DNA of 64,000 bases from SAR86 cluster bacterium SAR86B (GTDB lineage: Bacteria; Pseudomonadota; Gammaproteobacteria; Magnimaribacterales; D2472). The stretch covers positions 439,256-503,255 of the forward strand of contig CAJJCW010000001.1 of assembly GCA_905182885.1 (NCBI GenBank). Reading direction: 5' to 3'. Positions 60,067 through 64,000 of the stretch are shown here, piece after piece. Below the pieces are notes generated by a model. The model did no database searches. It was not told where the DNA came from and worked only from the letters and a program-made list of their open reading frames with translations. Every line of letters begins with the position of its first letter. Position 1 is the stretch's first letter. The translations under genes and the position numbers were made by a program.

Positions 60067-61800
60067 TTGAAATTATCTGGTGCTGACATGCTTATGCACG
60101 CTCTTCATGATGAAGGCGTTGAGTTAATCTATGGCTATCCGGGTGGAACAGCCCTCCATGTGTATGATGCTATTTTTAGACAAGATAAAATTGAACATAT
60201 TCTTGTGAGGCACGAGCAAGGCGCTACTCATGCAGCTGACGGTTATGCAAGAGCGACGGGCAAGCCAGGAGTGGTTCTGGTAACCTCTGGACCTGGGGCA
60301 ACAAACACCATTACTGGAATCGCAACAGCCTTCATGGACTCTATTCCAATGGTTGTTCTATCTTGTCAGGTCGCAAGTCATTTAATTGGAACAGATGCTT
60401 TTCAAGAAACCGATATGATTGGGGTGTCAAGGCCAATTGTTAAACATAGCTATACTGTTTTTGATGCCAAAGACATTCCAAAAACAATTAAAGAAGCATT
60501 TTATGTTGCTACATCGGGAAGACCAGGGCCCGTTGTAATTGATATACCAAAGGACATGACAGCCCCTGAAAATTTATTTGATTATCAATATCCTAATGAG
60601 GTAAATATCAGATCTTACAACCCGCCCATTAATCCTGATCAAAGTCAGGTTGAAAGAGCGGTAGATGCAATAATTAAATCAAGTCGACCTGTTATTTATG
60701 CAGGCGGAGGCGCTATCGCAAGTGATGCAGAAGAGATCCTTTATGAACTAAATGAGATTATGGATGCCCCTGTTACTAATACTCTAATGGGCCTTGGTAT
60801 TTATCCAGCAACCCATCATCGTTTCTTGGGTATGCTCGGAATGCATGGCACTTATCAAGCTAATATGGCAATGCATAACGCAGATTTAATAATCGCAGTT
60901 GGTGCAAGATTTGACGATAGAATTACTAATTCACCCTCTAAGTTTGCTCCCAAGGCCAAAGTTATACATTTAGATGTAGATCATTCTTCTGTATCAAAAA
61001 TTATTGAAGCTAATGTTGCAGTGTTTGGTCAAGTAAAAAATTCATTACAAGCAATAAAAGAAACTTTAAAAGAAAGAATACAAGACTATGACAAAGGAGT
61101 ATTAGAGCCTTGGCATGGAGAGATTAAAGAATGGAAATCTATGCATGGACTAAATTATGAGCTTTATAAAGATGAATCAGATAGTCATCAAATTCTACCT
61201 CAAGCAGTTGTTCAGCATGTTTATCAGATAACCAATGGAGATGCATACGTTACGTCTGATGTAGGACAGCATCAGATGTTTGCTGCTCAGTATTATCACT
61301 TTGACAAGCCTAGAAGATGGATAAACTCTGGTGGGTTAGGGACAATGGGCTTTGGATTGCCATCTGCAATGGGAGTAAAGCTAGCTTTTCCTGATGAAGA
61401 GGTTCTTTGTATTACTGGAGAGGGAAGTATCCAAATGTGTATACAAGAGCTCTCTACCTGCCTGCAATACAACCTACCTATAAAAATTATAAATATTAAT
61501 AATGAAGCCCTTGGAATGGTCAAGCAGTGGCAAGATATGAATTATGGAGGAAGACACTCAGAAAGCACATACAAAAACTCTCTGCCTGACTTCGTAAAAC
61601 TAGCAGAATCTTATGGTCATGTGGGTATAAAAATTGAAAAGAATTCTGAATTAAAGTCCGGTCTTGAAAAAGCTTTTGCTATGAAAGATAAATTAGTTTT
61701 TGTTGATATTTATGTTGACCCATCTGAACACGTTTACCCAATGCTTGTGGCGAACAATAGCTTAGAAGATATGTGGTTATCAAAGGATAAAAAAACATGA
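60067..61800 (+). CDS. ilvI: Acetolactate synthase (acetohydroxyacid synthase) large subunit
   Basis: 577 aa with a TTG start. YGYPGG and the TPP-binding GGLGTMGFGLPSAMG...NN motif are present. Confidence 0.93.
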   Translation: MKLSGADMLMHALHDEGVELIYGYPGGTALHVYDAIFRQDKIEHILVRHEQGATHAADGYARATGKPGVVLVTSGPGATNTITGIATAFMDSIPMVVLSCQVASHLIGTDAFQETDMIGVSRPIVKHSYTVFDAKDIPKTIKEAFYVATSGRPGPVVIDIPKDMTAPENLFDYQYPNEVNIRSYNPPINPDQSQVERAVDAIIKSSRPVIYAGGGAIASDAEEILYELNEIMDAPVTNTLMGLGIYPATHHRFLGMLGMHGTYQANMAMHNADLIIAVGARFDDRITNSPSKFAPKAKVIHLDVDHSSVSKIIEANVAVFGQVKNSLQAIKETLKERIQDYDKGVLEPWHGEIKEWKSMHGLNYELYKDESDSHQILPQAVVQHVYQITNGDAYVTSDVGQHQMFAAQYYHFDKPRRWINSGGLGTMGFGLPSAMGVKLAFPDEEVLCITGEGSIQMCIQELSTCLQYNLPIKIININNEALGMVKQWQDMNYGGRHSESTYKNSLPDFVKLAESYGHVGIKIEKNSELKSGLEKAFAMKDKLVFVDIYVDPSEHVYPMLVANNSLEDMWLSKDKKT

Positions 61801-62126
61801 TCAAAAGAAAGTTGATATTGATTATGGAAAATAAACCTGGCGCCTTGGTAAGGGTCATTGGCTTATTTCATCAAAGAGGGTATAACATCGAAAATCTCCA
61901 CGTGGATGTTGTTGAAGATTTTGCACCATATAAAAGTATCGAAGATAAGTTAAATACTAAATTTGAACCAAATCAAATTTCGAGACTTACCATTCAAACA
62001 ACCGTCTCAGACATACTAATGAGACAAATACTAAGACAGCTAAATAGACTTATTGATGTTATAGCTGTCAGCAACGAAGAAGCAACATACTTTAAAGGAG
62101 TTCTGTTAGATGAAAATTTATTATGA
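61797..62126 (+). CDS. ilvH: Acetolactate synthase small (regulatory) subunit, ACT-domain-only short form
   Basis: 109 aa. [29 protein letters not shown] is the IlvH/IlvN ACT signature. There is an ~18-aa insertion, and no ALS_ss_C domain follows. Confidence 0.75.
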   Translation: MIKRKLILIMENKPGALVRVIGLFHQRGYNIENLHVDVVEDFAPYKSIEDKLNTKFEPNQISRLTIQTTVSDILMRQILRQLNRLIDVIAVSNEEATYFKGVLLDENLL

Positions 62127-63153
62127 AGATGACGCAAGCCTAGAGATAATACAAGGCATGAATGTAACTATTGTAGGTTACGGTTCCCAAGGGCATGCAC
62201 ATGCTAACAACCTTCATGAATCAGGAGTAAATGTTACTGTTGGATTAAGGGAAGGTTCATCTTCCAGAAACAAAGCAGAAGAAGCCGGATTAAAAGTTGA
62301 TACTGTTTCTAATGCTGTAAAGAATGCAGACCTTGTAATGATATTAGCTCCAGATGAATTCCAGCAAGATATTTACGATACCGATATCAAACCAAATTTG
62401 AAAAGTGATGCTATCTTAGCCTTCGCTCATGGCTTTAACGTTCATTTTAAAAAGATTATTCCAGACGCTAGTAATAGCGTAATTATGATCGCACCGAAAG
62501 GCCCAGGGCATACTGTAAGAAGTACATATGCGCAAGGCGGTGGAGTGCCATCATTAATAGCGATTTTTAAAGATGCTATAACAGACAAAGAATTTACAGC
62601 AAAAGATGTAGCGCTGTCTTATGCAAAAGCAAATGGTGGAACAAGAGCCGGTGTATTAGAGACTTCATTTAAAGAGGAAACTGAAACAGACTTATTTGGA
62701 GAACAGGCAGTTCTATGCGGAGGTATTACCGCACTTATCAAAGCTGGGTATGAGACTTTAGTTGAAGCTGGCTATAGTCCTGAGATGGCATACTTTGAGT
62801 GCCTACATGAAACAAAACTTATTACTGATCTTATTCAAGAAGGCGGAATAGCAAATATGCATTATTCCATATCTAATACTGCAGAGTATGGTGATTACTT
62901 AAGTGGACCCAAGGTCATTACAAGCGATACTAAGCTAGCAATGAAGGGCATCTTAGAAAATATCCAATCAGGTAATTTTGCTGATCAATTCTTAAATGAT
63001 TGTAGGCAAAGTAATGATGGATCAGGCGGTCCTTTCATGAAAAACAATCGTGAAGCAACCAAAGCACACCCTATCGAAACAGTTGGAAAAGAGCTCAGAT
63101 CTAAGATGAAATTCCTAAATTCTCAAAAATTAGTAGATAAAGAAAAAAACTAA
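62110..63153 (+). CDS. ilvC: Ketol-acid reductoisomerase (class I)
   Basis: 347 aa with [16 protein letters not shown] and CGG motifs. Confidence 0.95.
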   Translation: MKIYYEDDASLEIIQGMNVTIVGYGSQGHAHANNLHESGVNVTVGLREGSSSRNKAEEAGLKVDTVSNAVKNADLVMILAPDEFQQDIYDTDIKPNLKSDAILAFAHGFNVHFKKIIPDASNSVIMIAPKGPGHTVRSTYAQGGGVPSLIAIFKDAITDKEFTAKDVALSYAKANGGTRAGVLETSFKEETETDLFGEQAVLCGGITALIKAGYETLVEAGYSPEMAYFECLHETKLITDLIQEGGIANMHYSISNTAEYGDYLSGPKVITSDTKLAMKGILENIQSGNFADQFLNDCRQSNDGSGGPFMKNNREATKAHPIETVGKELRSKMKFLNSQKLVDKEKN

Positions 63154-63215
63154 TAAAAAAAGGTATCTATCTGAAAATAACTTAGGTAGAATACGCGTCC
63201 GTCCTCAGAGGCGGT

Positions 63216-63228
63216 TGTTCTTTAAAAA
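63216..63228 (+). promoter_or_regulatory. rRNA leader BoxA-like antitermination element
   Basis: TGTTCTTTAAAAA against the consensus TGCTCTTTAACAA matches at 11 of 13 positions. It is preceded by a small hairpin (CCGtCC-tcaga-GGCGG, ~63198-63214) in the boxB position, about 80 nt upstream of mature 16S. Confidence 0.55.
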
Positions 63229-63308
63229 TATTTGGTTACTCGTGTGGGTGTTCATAAACGAGAAAAAATAATTTAGATTTTTTATAAAAATCAACAAAAC
63301 ATGATATT

Positions 63309-64000
<692 letters not shown>

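Overview
This is an AT-rich (about one-third G+C by eye, not computed), very tightly packed window made almost entirely of core genes. It comes from a marine gammaproteobacterium. It carries a green-tuned proteorhodopsin, two TonB-dependent receptors, many overlapping genes and a gammaproteobacterial 16S 5' end. Together these make a SAR86-like streamlined planktonic lineage the best guess; this is inference and needs 16S and PR alignment. I can support about 65 protein genes, including typA, the parE/parC and mrdA/rodA/mltB/dacA blocks, holA-lptE-leuS, accBC-aroQ, ilvD, hemB-trxA-rho, hemCD, an RND pump and ilvIHC. I also support one partial 16S rRNA, one TPP riboswitch, one clean bidirectional terminator and several promoter or operator candidates. 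I saw no CRISPR array, tRNA, transposase, integrase, prophage or obvious defence island; this is not an accessory region. Five things deserve a second look. (1) A THI-box riboswitch drives a TonB receptor / PnuC-type transporter / ThiK-like kinase operon. (2) A 19-20 nt operator in the TetR-RND intergenic region recurs exactly upstream of tolC 34 kb away. (3) A prolyl-4-hydroxylase sits divergent from a GlcNAc-transferase-like gene, reminiscent of the eukaryotic Skp1 hydroxyproline-glycosylation pair. (4) The proteorhodopsin locus has its own sigma70-like promoter and an upstream perfect palindrome. (5) At least 11 single-base frameshifts split genes, including the essential leuS and mrdA, which points to sequence or assembly error rather than gene decay. 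Everything here is hand reading plus the supplied ORF track. No searches, alignments or folding were run. My hand count disagreed with the ORF track by 1 nt around 8.58-8.76 kb, so non-ORF coordinates there are +/-2 nt.
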